A DNA stretch of 62,526 nt, filler included, from Basidiobolus ranarum (Eukaryota), in assembly GCA_040143965.1 (NCBI GenBank). It is 14 parts of 14 records of this genome, joined end to end, with 100 filler letters (N's around TTAATTAATTAA, not from the genome) between each part and the next. Parts side by side here need not be neighbours in the genome. Positions count along the whole stretch, not along the records: positions 8,981 to 13,366 come from JASJQH010001978.1; positions 13,467 to 17,849 come from JASJQH010001979.1; positions 17,950 to 22,328 come from JASJQH010001980.1; 11 more parts are not named here. One strand, 5' to 3'. The position numbers were made by a program, and so were the translations under genes. Below, one piece after another: positions 8,982-20,843 of this stretch. The notes under the pieces were generated by a model that was not told the DNA's origin, did not search any database, and saw only the letters and a program-made list of their open reading frames with translations. Positions within the stretch are counted from its first letter, which is position 1, and each line of letters opens with the position of its first letter.

Positions 8982-11906
8982 TCGCGTTTAGCTTCACTCC
9001 TGGAGCATGAACACGCATCGTTGGCATTAGCACAGCGTTGTAGCGGAGTGTCAGACGGTACACCATTGTTCAGCGCTTTATTGAACTACAGGCACAATGA
9101 AGCACCGTCAAGTGAAAGTATACCTGGTATTGAAATTTTGAGATCTCAAGAGCGTACCAACTACCCTTTCATGCTGTCAGTTGAAGACTATAGCACAGGA
9201 CTAGGCCTAACAACCCAAATTGTACAGCCACTTGATCCATCTCGCATGTGCGACTATATGCATCAAGCGCTAAATAGCCTAGCCGAAGCCCTTGAATATA
9301 CGCCTACCATACCGGTTCGACAATTAAATATTCTTCCTAATGAGGAGCGTGAATTATTACTCGATACATGGAACGCGACTGAAGAACCATATCAAGATCA
9401 CCAATGCATTCATCAGTTGTTTGAGGACCAGGTTGAGAGCAACCCTCATGCTACTGCTTTAGTTTATGAGGATCAAGTATTAAGTTATTTCGAGTTGAAT
9501 GCGCGCGCCAATAGTCTCGCGTATCTGCTCATTGAGTTGGGTGTTCAACCCGAAGTGTGTGTAGCAATATGTGTGGAGCGTTCAATTGCAATGGTGATAG
9601 GGTTATTAGCCGTTCTGAAGGCAGGTGGTGCCTATGTGCCACTTGATCCGGCGTATCCAAGTGAGCGCCTTAAGCACATCATTACCGATGCATCTCCTTC
9701 TATCCTACTTGCCGAAGAAATAGGACGCTTAGCCCTCGGTAAGGAAATGCTAACTTCCTTCACTGTGCTTGATCCGAATAGACAATCAACATTGTCAAAT
9801 AGTAATCCAAAAATCCACAATCTTGACTCTCACCATCTTGCCTATGTGATATATACTTCTGGATCGACAGGTATCCCCAAGGGCGTGATGGTGGAACACC
9901 GAGGAGTTGCAAATCTTGCGCAGGCTCAAATCGCTAATTTTGGAGTAAGCTCATCCAGTCGAGTACTGCAGTTTGCCTCTCTCAGTTTCGACGTGAGCGT
10001 AGTGGAGATTGTCATGGCCTTGAGCTGTGGCGCAGGCTTATATATCCCGCCTAATCCCGTCCGCAGTGATCCTAATGAACTGTGGAAGTATTTGGAGAGG
10101 CATGGGATTTCTCATGCTATATTGCCCCCTGCGTTGCTTCAAGATGGCAAAACTTTACCCATTCTAAAAACACCTCTAACGATAGCTCTAACAGGCGAAG
10201 CTCCCAGTGCGGCTTTGCTTCAAACCTTAGGCAAGCAAGCAGTCGTCTTCAATGCTTATGGCCCTACCGAGACAACTGTTTGGAGTACCACATGGCGTCT
10301 CTCACTTGATGTAAGCAGTGATCTTGTTCCAATTGGCCGTCCAATCACAAATACCCGTATTTATCTTCTGGACTCGCATGGTCTTCCAGTACCACTTGGT
10401 GCAGTAGGCGAGTTGTACATCGGTGGAGTCGGTGTTGCGCGAGGCTATTTGAACCGACCAGAACTGACTGCTGATCGATTCCCACGTGATCCGTTTGATA
10501 GTTGCGAGGATGCTCGTATGTACAAGACTGGAGATCTGGCACGCTACTTGTCTGATGGAAATATAGCGTTCCTTGGCCGAAACGACGAGCAAGTAAAAAT
10601 TCGAGGTTTTCGAATTGAACCCGGCGAGATTGAGTCACGCTTAGTCGAGCATCCACTGGTAAATGAAGCCATTGTGGTTATGCAAGGCGATGATATCAAT
10701 AAACGGCTGGTTGCCTACATCGTAGCCGAACCCTATGACAAACTTGCTAGCACACTTCGTGCGCACCTTGTGGCTCAGTTACCTGAATACATGATTCCAT
10801 CCGCTTTTGTACACCTCGATGAGTTACCATTGACACCCAATGGCAAACTCAACAGGCGAGCATTACCACAACCGAATGAAGAAGCTTTTGCTTATCAGGC
10901 ATACGAAGCACCACAGACTAAGTATGAAATTGCGCTGGCAGATATTTGGGCTAGGATGCTCAATGTCAACCATATAAGCCGTAATGACAGTTTCTTTGCG
11001 CTTGGCGGACATTCACTGCTTGCCATACAAATGATTAGTCGTATTCGCACTACTTTAGGTTTCGGGATCGCTCTTAGCACTGTTTTTGAGGCGCCTACCG
11101 TTGCGGAACTGGCACATCGCTTATTGATGCCAAATGGACCAGAGGATGATTCATTTGCAGTTATGCTTCCTCTCAAGCCAAAAGGTAATCGATATCCTCT
11201 TTTCTGCGTTCATAGCGTCATTGGACTGAGTTGGAGTTATATTGGTTTGTCTAAGTATATTCATCCGGCTCAACCTATTTATGGCTTACAATCTCGTGGG
11301 CTCGATGGTGCTCCAGCACTTGCAGAATCGGTCGAAACCATGGCATCCGATTATATAAGCCAAATCCGTCAAATCCAGCCTAATGGGCCTTACTTTCTGT
11401 TGGGCTGGTCGTTTGGAGGTAGAGTTGCTTTTGCCATGGCTACACAGCTCGAACAACAAGGTGAGAAAGTGGCGCTTCTAGCCATGTTGGATTGCTATCC
11501 AGAAGTTCCTCCGTTAAGTGATGATCAAGAGAAAAATCAAGAAGCAGGTCTCATCATGTTTCTTGCTCGTTTTAGTGATGAAAGATTCCCAGATGCGGGT
11601 GAATACTTATTGAATATAACTCGAGATATTATCAAAAATAACTATCACATTGGAGAGAGTTATTCTCCAACCGTTTATAATGGCGATGTGCTTTTCTTTC
11701 GTGCTACTGTAGTGCATGAGGAGTTCGCTTCACTAACTCATCCTGATTTGTGGAAACCTTACGTTCACGGTAATATTGAAGTACATGATATAAACTCAAC
11801 ACACGTAGACCTGGATAGACCCGGGCCAACTGCAGAGATTGGACCAATTCTGGCTCGAAAGATCGATGACTTACAAAAGAGTTTCATTGTTGAAGATACA
11901 CTATAA
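8982..11906 (+). CDS. Bacterial-type multimodular NRPS, terminal module: partial (dual E/C-like) C, A, T, TE; 5' truncated
   Basis: Open from the contig edge (SRLASLLEHEHASLALAQRCSGV...LFSALLNYRH...ERTNYP). A motifs LKAGGAYVPLDP, YTSGSTGIPKG, NAYGPTE, YKTGDL, QVKIRGFRIEPGEIE, TPNGK; T motif FFALGGHSLLA; TE motif GWSFGG. No introns. Confidence 0.96.
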   Translation, partial: SRLASLLEHEHASLALAQRCSGVSDGTPLFSALLNYRHNEAPSSESIPGIEILRSQERTNYPFMLSVEDYSTGLGLTTQIVQPLDPSRMCDYMHQALNSLAEALEYTPTIPVRQLNILPNEERELLLDTWNATEEPYQDHQCIHQLFEDQVESNPHATALVYEDQVLSYFELNARANSLAYLLIELGVQPEVCVAICVERSIAMVIGLLAVLKAGGAYVPLDPAYPSERLKHIITDASPSILLAEEIGRLALGKEMLTSFTVLDPNRQSTLSNSNPKIHNLDSHHLAYVIYTSGSTGIPKGVMVEHRGVANLAQAQIANFGVSSSSRVLQFASLSFDVSVVEIVMALSCGAGLYIPPNPVRSDPNELWKYLERHGISHAILPPALLQDGKTLPILKTPLTIALTGEAPSAALLQTLGKQAVVFNAYGPTETTVWSTTWRLSLDVSSDLVPIGRPITNTRIYLLDSHGLPVPLGAVGELYIGGVGVARGYLNRPELTADRFPRDPFDSCEDARMYKTGDLARYLSDGNIAFLGRNDEQVKIRGFRIEPGEIESRLVEHPLVNEAIVVMQGDDINKRLVAYIVAEPYDKLASTLRAHLVAQLPEYMIPSAFVHLDELPLTPNGKLNRRALPQPNEEAFAYQAYEAPQTKYEIALADIWARMLNVNHISRNDSFFALGGHSLLAIQMISRIRTTLGFGIALSTVFEAPTVAELAHRLLMPNGPEDDSFAVMLPLKPKGNRYPLFCVHSVIGLSWSYIGLSKYIHPAQPIYGLQSRGLDGAPALAESVETMASDYISQIRQIQPNGPYFLLGWSFGGRVAFAMATQLEQQGEKVALLAMLDCYPEVPPLSDDQEKNQEAGLIMFLARFSDERFPDAGEYLLNITRDIIKNNYHIGESYSPTVYNGDVLFFRATVVHEEFASLTHPDLWKPYVHGNIEVHDINSTHVDLDRPGPTAEIGPILARKIDDLQKSFIVEDTL

Positions 11907-12682
11907 TTCATGCTTGTGGACTTGAGAATATCTTTATGAGAATAGTTGAAGGGGAACTAACCAGAGCATTTAATATAAGACTTACTTATCCAACAATAGT
12001 ATATAATGTGCTCTTTATTCTCTACCATGTCAGAATTACAAAAAACTGATAAATTTCAGATATGAATTTCCTTCTACATTATAAAATTTGTGGTTTTACT
12101 GTATTTAATTTTTCATATGCTGCAATTCATTTTGATTCCTAATTTTGCGTGAGAAGAGTTATTTTATATTGACTCCATATCATGTCTCTTGGCTATTTAC
12201 TAGCAAATATCAAATTATCACTGCCTTGGCTTACCAAGAAGAATACAAGATAAAAGAAAATATAACATGAATTGAAGTAAAAAATCAAGTAATTCATATC
12301 GACAGTCACTATCACTATAAATGAGACGAGTTCATTCAACAACACTAACAGATCTACTCTTACAAAAACATGTAGTACTCATCATTCCTTACCACTTTGA
12401 CTTCAATGATAGTTTTCAATAACAGACTGCCTCACATCTAATTTTAGTATATTGTCTAAAATTTCTTCATAGCGTAAGCTAAAATGTGCAATACAAAAAC
12501 AATAGAATACACATGATCCTGCCTAAGCTCCCCCATATATTACCAAAATGAAAGAGTTTATCCATAAATTGTAAAAACTTCAGGTATTTTTTTTTTGCCA
12601 ACTAATTCTTCCCCGTGGTATCCATCAATTGTAATAATGGAGAATGGATGTACTATTGGTTTAATTATCTGGTAAAACAAAC

Positions 12683-12754
12683 TGCCTACTGCCGGGATTG
12701 AACTGGCGACCTTCAGTTTACGAGACTGACGCGCTACCACTGCGCTAAGCAGGC
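12683..12754 (-). tRNA. tRNA-Thr(CGT)
   Basis: GCCTGCT-TA-GCGC-AGTGGTA-GCGC-G-TCAGT-CTCGTAA-ACTGA-AGGTC-GCCAG-TTCAATC-CCGGC-AGTAGGC-A, 72 nt, one A-C mismatch in the T stem. Confidence 0.9.
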
Positions 12755-13466
12755 TTTGATGAAATTCAATTCTTAAGATATAATCTATACCTTGATCCCG
12801 GTGAACCATTTGTTGCTCTTTTTGAGCAACTATTACTATTTTGTTATATATATTAAGTGGCTGCCTTTTATTCGATTTTATTGGAATTTCCCAGGTTCAC
12901 TAGAACATTTGTAATCAGAAAACTAAATTTCTCCATTGCATTTAACTATTCTCTTAACATTTAATCATAGAGTGCGGTCTACACCTAATATGTCAATGCC
13001 AATAGATGTTTATGTTTCGTGGGCTATCATAAATAGTGTTCACTAATGATCTACATACTGATGCCTCGGCAATATTTTTGTATCAGTGGCAATGCGAGAA
13101 TATCATGAGCAAAATATTCAAGAGATAGGATTCCAAAGTGATTTGATATAGTTCAAGTACCAGTAGGTTACTAAATGATTCCTCTGTTCCTGGCTGGTTA
13201 GATTAGTTCATCGAGAATGTGTAAGAAATTAACACTAGCTTTATTTGGTATTGGTTGGAAATTAGTAATCCGGGATAATAGTATTTATTCGAAAACGATG
13301 ACAGCACGGAATCTTGGTTTTCCGCTCATCATATCTTCGTAAGCCTGCTTCGCTTGATCAAGTGTANNNNNNNNNNNNNNNNNNNNNNNNNNNNNNNNNN
13401 NNNNNNNNNNTTAATTAATTAANNNNNNNNNNNNNNNNNNNNNNNNNNNNNNNNNNNNNNNNNNNN

Positions 13467-15170
13467 CATGAATGACTCCTAAAAGTGAAGAGACTCCAGT
13501 GTTGGCATCACACATATTCCAGTGTATGTCAGTATCCATTGGGAGCAAGTGTGTGCATGGTAATGACTTATAGAAGTTCATTGCCATCACACAAATCTCT
13601 GACACAATATTAATATGGCATTGTATAAGGTCTCCATGAGTTGTCCCACTAACTATGGCTGTGGCCACTGAGTAGTATGTGAATGTAGGTGTTTCCTTGT
13701 TCATCTTGGGAAGTGGTTCATCATGAGTTGTCTGTATAATGATTGCAGAAGGTTGATCTATGGGTTGTCTCCCAGTATGTATGTTGTCATCTAGATTCTT
13801 TCTGACTGTAGGTGAAATACTCACAAGTTCCCCAATTGTGACAGAGAGGCCAGAGTCTAAGATCCTCTCAGTCAGTGTCTCAGGATCTGCCTTCTTGCAA
13901 ATCTTGGATTGCATCTGATAGTTAGGATGTCAAGGTCCATCTTCAATAGTTCTTGGTGTTAGTTTTGGAAAGTTCTCAATACAACCTCTGGCTCAGAAAT
14001 CTTGCGTTCTGTGTAACAGTAGGTCTTAGTTCCTCAGGTGGAGAAGCTCTCTTGGTTGCATAAGCTTCAGCTAAGTGAGAAAAATCATCTTCATTGTTGG
14101 AATACAATGTTTGGTTCTGGTGTTTGTCAACATCAAAGTGCAGTGTTTTGTGATCAGGGTCTTCAACAGTTATTCTTCTGGTGTTGTTAACTGGTGGTTG
14201 TTAAGTTGCTTTCATACCTCCTCTTCAAAGGTTTAGCCTGACATTTCTGCCATTATGGTCAAGTATAAACCCTCTTGAGTCCAAATGGTGCTCCCCTTTG
14301 TCAAACAGTTCATTCAATTCAGGACAGTCATTCTTGGAATGCTTGGTTGAGTTACACCATACACATTTAGATGGGTAGGAAGATTGATAAGTTCCTCCTT
14401 AGTAGGACTTACTCTCAATCTTCAAAGTGAGACGTTCAAGTTTCTTGCTAATGTTGGATGGATATTCCTCAACATCAACTGTTCTGTTTTTTACTAAAGG
14501 TTCATCTGGTCTGGGTTGCTGTTGTTCCCTGCTCTTCTGGAGCATTTTAATGAGTGCTGAGTTCTCCTGACTGGCTAGGAGAACTTTCTTCACACTAGTT
14601 AGAGAGGGAATATCAGAGGATGCTTGGCCAGTAGTTTCTTGATCAGCTTTTGTCAGTAAGTGTTGGGGTAAGGCATGCAATAGGTAAATAGTGAGGGTAA
14701 CTTCAGTGATAACACCATGTTGGATCAAACGTGCTCCAATATTTTCAAGTTCTTGTATATAAATTGTTTGGTAGGCATCTTTGAGAAGCTGGTTCTGGCA
14801 AAGTCCTCCAAGTCATAGATTGAGTAAGTATGGCAGGATTCTCCATAGTTTTCTAACAAGTGTCCTTTTATAAGGCTCCAGTCTTATAGTATAGAAGGGT
14901 TGTCTTCAAGTGCTAACATAATATTATCTTCACAGTAAGGTGGTAGGTCCTCAGGCATTTGGTCTTGAGGAACATTGTAAGCCTGGCAGAAAAGTTCCCA
15001 TCTCCTGATGAATGCTTGAACTTTAGTTCCATCAAAGAAGGGAGTTCCTGGGGATCCACATAAAGGTAGTATTGGGGTTGACATGTTAAATAGGTTGTAG
15101 TAACAGTAGTCCTTCTTGTTGTAAGTCTTCAGAGAGATTCAGTTGAAGCCCCCATGTTAGGTGCCAAATG
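13467..15170 (-). mobile_element. Degenerate Ty3/gypsy-type retrotransposon: PBS, gag, zinc knuckle, decayed protease region
   Basis: Gag-like PFFDGTKVQAFIRRWE, CCHC knuckle KCVWCNSTKHSKNDC (about 14320-14370), SVTIGELVSISPTVRK segment typical of fungal gypsy gag-pro. PBS TGGCACCTAACATGGGG (15148-15166) resembles the tRNA-Lys PBS TGGCGCCCAACGTGGGG and lies just after an LTR-like ...ACA end. Many stops and frameshifts. Confidence 0.8.
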
Positions 15171-15417
15171 TAGTTGTTTTAGGGTGTAAGCAGCAACTAT
15201 AACTGCAATATCCTAAGGGTTTTGTGAGGTGTCCAAAGGGTGCAATAACCACGGTTGAATAACTCTGGGATGTACTGAAATTTGGGTCTGTCTCTTGCCT
15301 CTTGGGTCTTTGTGAAAGGGAATCAAGCCTCTAGAAATGTCTAAGGACTGATAAACCACAATGCAATGTCCAGCTTTCTGTTGAATAATATGCTGGTGCC
15401 TGACAAAAGTATATACT

Positions 15418-15599
15418 GGACTTGTTCCATTGTGCCAAGATTTATCAGACCTTGGATCAAAATATTAGAGTAAATTTGATTGAAATTGATCATGCCAGAG
15501 GGTGATGGATAGTGCCAAATTGTGCCGCATAAATTTTAGAATACTTTATCCAATATGATATATACAGCACAATCTGGCACTATCAAAGAGAACAAGTCC
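15418..15599. mobile_element. MITE, PIF/Harbinger (Tourist)-like, 182 bp
   Basis: 10-bp TIR GGACTTGTTC/GAACAAGTCC and 3-bp TSD ACT/ACT. Second copy at 60203-60383. Confidence 0.88.
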
Positions 15600-16995
15600 A
15601 CTAGCTTCAAAGTCCATTGAGAATGATCATATAAAAAGGGTATATCCAATCAAAAACATCTGTAAACTTAGCCAGCTGGGTCTTGAATGAGGATGCACTA
15701 GTAGTGATTTATCCAAGGATATGAAAAGTTCCTTGCCTATGCAGACAAAGCTAGGGACAAAATATAAAGTATCAGAAATATAACACCTACCTGCCGGTAC
15801 TTCCTTTGAGCTGGTCAAGTTCTTTCTAGTCACACAGTAGCCTCTAACTGCCTCTAGTAGTCTCTCTTGAGCTTCCTCTTCATAGGTCTTATAAGTGGTG
15901 ATGATAATAAGAGGTGATCACAAGTAGTAATTGTTAGTTGAAAACCAGGATGATTTTTATTTGAAACAATATGGCTCCAATTTATACTTTTCTGATGGTA
16001 GATATGATTACCAATGAGAATTTCCAAAAGTTCCAGAGAATTCCATTGGTGGGGATTGGGGGTTATGATATCATCACAAATCATAAGATTAGTAATCCAT
16101 GGAATATTCCAGAAAGTTATAGAATAATCCAGAAAGTCATGGAATGTGCTGGCAAAATCAAGTTTTGATTGGTCAAAAATCAACCAATCATCTAATATTC
16201 CAAGAATCCTGTGGAATGTTCCTGAAGATTGTAGAATTTTCCAGAAAATAATAGGGCTAATGTGGGTTAATACTGATAAATCTGAAATAATAAGATATAA
16301 TACTAATAGTGTGATATGATTGGCTAGATAATGTGGGTAAGTCAAATAAGGATAATAAAATAGAAATTGTGCAATAATAACGATATGAGCTTGGAGTGGA
16401 AATAAGTCAAACTGCCAGTAGGTAGCAATGCTGCCCCACTACACCATTGCAGAGACATACTAGATCACTCTAAATCCAAGCAACTCCTGATGAGGTATCT
16501 ATTTCACAAGAAGAATCTACACATCTCACCACTAGAATTGAGGTAACACCTCCAACAAGGGCAAGGGCCCAACAAGTTGGTTCATCAGCTAGCAGTACAC
16601 ATCAACAGCATTGCCAGCTTGGAAGAGTCTGTGATGTTTCTCCCATTTTTGATGAAGAGCAAGTGGTCAACAGAGAACCAGAGAGAGGATGGCCTGCATT
16701 CTTACCCATCATAGTGCACGGTTTACCTGATTCAGCCAAACCAACCAGTGAGCTTTTTACATCTGGAGAAGAGTCAGCTCCAAGGAGCGTGCCACCTGAA
16801 AGACATACCAGTTTAACGTGTACTATTGCGCTATAGCAACAAACACAAACCACAAGAATTATTGATCCTTCCACTTTGTTGGATGAAGATCTAACACCTG
16901 AGAGCAATCTACCAAGACAGCAATCCATTATAACACATACCACCATGAGACCAAGACAATGGGGGTTTGAGTGACATAGTGAAGCTCTTACTGAG

Positions 16996-17849
16996 CTTTG
17001 AAGAAGCCACAACAGTTGATCACAATCTTCAAGGTAGACATTATGCTCTGCCATGTTCTGCCATGCAACAGAGGTCATGGCAGCCAGTCAAAAGAGATGA
17101 AGCTTATACCTTGGTTGAAGAGGCAGAAACTGCCAAATGCAAACCTCAAGGTATACAACTTGCTCCAACATGTAATTGAATGCAGCCATGGCAATCACCA
17201 GTCAAAGTGATGAAGCTTCCACTGTGGTTAAAGAAGCAATAACCACCAAACACAAACCACAAGGTAGATGACTTGCTCCAACACATACTGCCATGCAACT
17301 GCGGCCATGGCCAGACAAAAGAGATGAAGCTTCAACCATGGTTGAAAAGACAAGAACTGCCAAACACCAACCTCAAGGTAGACAACTTGCTCCAACATGT
17401 ACTGCCATGTGACCACACTCACAGCCAGTCAAAAGAGATGAAGATTCCACTGTGGTTGAAGAAGCAATAACTGTTGAGCACAAACCTCAAGGTAGACATT
17501 CCGGGTCAACGTGTAGAGCCGCGTGCCAGCAGCAATGGCTTGTTGACCTATTAAGTGAAGGCTCCACATCTGAAGAAGAGACTGTAGATCCAAACAAACT
17601 GCAAAGTAGACCAAACAAGCCAACATATACCATAGCACATTGACCTCAAGCCACACCTCATGCTGGCCATGGTAGAGGAACTTCAGCAGGATCAAACTGA
17701 CCAACTCAGTGCAGAGATTCAAGCAAAGTTCCTTCCATGGCAATATCAAGCAAACAGCAAAAGTAACAGAAGCAAATTAGCATGTACTGCTTCAAACCTA
17801 GGCAACTGCTGGATACTCTTGTTAGTACTTATATTATCCTATCTTTAAT
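16996..17849 (+). repeat. Unclassified dispersed repeat with an internal ~114-bp (38-codon) tandem array and decayed ORF
   Basis: Units start at about 16996, 17113, 17226, 17340 and 17454 (e.g. VKEAITTKHKPQGR*LAPTHTAMQLRPWPDKRDEASTM). A homologous copy lies at about 61780-62330. Confidence 0.85.
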
Positions 17850-20160
17850 NNNNNNNNNNNNNNNNNNNNNNNNNNNNNNNNNNNNNNNNNNNNTTAATTA
17901 ATTAANNNNNNNNNNNNNNNNNNNNNNNNNNNNNNNNNNNNNNNNNNNNCTTCACTCTTGGCTCCATCCTATCTGGAATACTCTTAGGCCTAGCTTACTA
18001 GGAAACTTAGCTTTGTCAACATCTTGACTTTATCTTTGAATATTATATTCTAACTTGGCTGATTTATTTATTGACTTTGTTTAAATTGATAAATAAATAT
18101 TACACCTTCTGGTGTTTATCATCCCCCTAACCCACATAATAGTGTCTTAGACTCTACTGACTTAGCTTTTCTACTTTGCAATATTCATACCAATACTCCA
18201 GAACTTCACACTTTAATAAAGAAACTACAAAAGTAGTTATAGCTTCTTTGTTTGTTTGAAATAAAGATTTTGCCTGTTGGTGACTGTCTTCCCCCTAACC
18301 CTTAATCCTTAACCCAAAATTTTATTGTGGCAGCTTATGATGTAAATTTGATATTAGATAGATTATTCTCAATATTACAGGGCTTGATCTGGCACTCTCA
18401 AGCCTGATCTATCCCATCTGTTGTAGTATAAAATAATAATTCAAGGTTCAATAACCCCTAGCTGGATATCAAATCTAACACTTGCAAAAAATCCCACAGC
18501 AACTCTCTTCCTGTTCTTTATATGAGAGAGTTAAATTGGAAAACTCGTGCTTCTCAAATATCAACATAGTACTATGTGCTTCATTTCCTACAATGTACGC
18601 ACCTATCTGAAATAGCGAGCATTTTTTAGTTTCTTATTGTTATCATATATATATTTCAATCATTTTCTCCCGCAAGAGTGGATTTTCCCTTACTCTTTAT
18701 GTTTTAATTGTCTATAGTTGACATATGGCATACTTGGCATTCCCCCACATTAACATCGTTCATATGACTCAACTGACAAGAGAAACCAACATTTATCAGG
18801 TGTTACTGATGCACTGGTTTTTTATGGCATATCATGCGTCCTGTAGAGTTACTCGCCTTCAAATATGCCTCGTATAGGATAACAAGAGCGAGATAAGTTG
18901 GTGATATTAGCCCAATTCCCCTCTTGGTATGCTGAATCTCTGTTATTTTCGGATTCAGGTATTTCTTATGACCTTGTTCTCCTGCGCATTTTTTCATCCC
19001 TGCTCTCGGAGCAAAGGGATCGCCTATTTGTAGAGCTCAGTCAATGGAAACCCATCCCTAAAGTAAAGTATATTCTGATGTGTACCATCTCTCAGTTTTC
19101 TGGTACCGTTCATGTATGCACTGTGTTATCTAGTTGTAAAGTTAGTATGGTCACAACCATCGGCGTTTCTGAAGTGCATGCAGCTAAATGTTGATGCCTG
19201 TCTTGGCTAGGCTCTAGGTATGCAAAGTGCCATGCTTTGGTCTTTCAAAGGAGGATTCCACCGCTCGGCAGTGGGCTACCCTTTGCGATCAAAGTTTGAC
19301 TTGCAAATGGTTCGATTACGGTCACTTATAGCATTTGATGGAACGAAATCTATCCATAGGTACGGCAGTCCAAATGCAGGAATATGTAAAGCTATAGCCT
19401 CTCGTCTCTCGGCAACATTCAGTCCTTGTATCCAGATAATGTGAATCCTTACTTGACAATTGATAGAAAACTTGCTATCACCTCTGATACCAGATTCTTG
19501 CGATTAGTGACTTCGATATCGAGTGTCTGATGAATACTTATATTAATAGCAACTAGACTAATTGTTTTGGATCAGCACTTATAGTGTTGGAATTGATGAG
19601 CGTAGGCTGTTGACTGCATAGGAGAAATACGTTCAGTGTTATCCTATAATGGCACCGATTTGTTTTGATCCAATCGCATTTCGGGAGCTCAGTGACTAAT
19701 ATCGATGGTGCTTCACTGTATGTGCTCAGGGCAGGGAATGAGCATCATTGAAGCTTCAGAAATCCCGATTTGGATGCCTCCATTACATAATAAGAAGACC
19801 GTAGCGCTTCGGCAGCATTAGTGTACTACTTACTAATATACAACATGTAGACAGGATCCAATAATAACTTATGAGGAACACAAGTCCAGCTTGACCAACA
19901 TATGTCTGAAACTGAAGGGGATTTTTTTAAATTTGATGGCCACAGCAAGTTGTGATTAGGAAGCGCCCGAAACGCTTGGAGCGCAAGTCTCATATGTTAG
20001 GGGTAGCATTTAGGCGTAATTGTAGCTTAGAAACCGATGGAGTGCCCATCACCTAAATACTGCTATAATATCAATCTATAAGTACTTGGCTTAAGCTCAC
20101 ACAGTTCTATCTGATATCGTTTCAAATTTCCTTCTACCCTCCAGTATCTCTGTCCACAGG

Positions 20161-20843
20161 ATGGATATTTTAGACTTGATAAATCCGGTCAGTACAGCTG
20201 AAGATCGAACCTTCTTGTGTGCTTGGCCCGACTGTAAGAAATCTTTTAAAAGGCGTGCTGACCTCTCAAGACATCAAAGAATTCACACGAACGAAAGGTA
20301 AGATGATAAGACGTAGGACTGCTTTATTTCTGATGACTAATACGCCACAATGTTAGACCATACATCTGTTCAGAAGCCGGATGTCAGCAGAGATTTATTC
20401 AGGTAACAATTGGCCTTTGATGTGATTCGATGCTCACTTGGGAATAACTCGCCTCTTCTATTCAGAAATCCTCGTTGAAGATACACCTACGAACTCATTC
20501 GGGTGAGCGACCTTTTCATTGCACGTGGGAAAATTGCACAAAAGCATTTAGTGATAGTAGTTCACTCAGTCGTCATCGAAGAATCCATATTGGGGAGAGA
20601 CCGTATCACTGCCCATATCACGGTTGTAGCAAAAGGTATTTCTTGGACATAGCTCATCATTCAATAAACTCCACTGATACTGAATATATATTCGACTCTA
20701 GTTTCCGCAAGAAATTCACACTAGCCAGACACCTTCGGGTTGCACATGACTCCATGCAGCCAAAAAGTGACATCCCCACCACTACCAATATCCATAGCTC
20801 TATTAGCATCTGTATCCTACCACTCTCTCGAACTCTGTGTTAA
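20161..20843 (+). CDS. C2H2 zinc-finger transcription factor (4 fingers, about 164 aa, 4 exons)
   Basis: Exons 20161-20297, 20357-20402, 20466-20635, 20702-20843 with GT..AG introns. Fingers CAWPDC..H..H, CSEAGC, CTWENC, CPYHGC with [21 protein letters not shown] linkers. Confidence 0.9.

Noticed and set aside
1-11906. Apparent biosynthetic gene cluster: NRPS-like reductase + MFS transporter + NRPS
   Set aside because: The three genes lie on three different contigs joined only by artificial spacers in size order.
18600-19800. Several 60-100 aa ORFs upstream of the zinc-finger gene
   Set aside because: No recognisable motifs or consistent splice model; lengths are compatible with chance.
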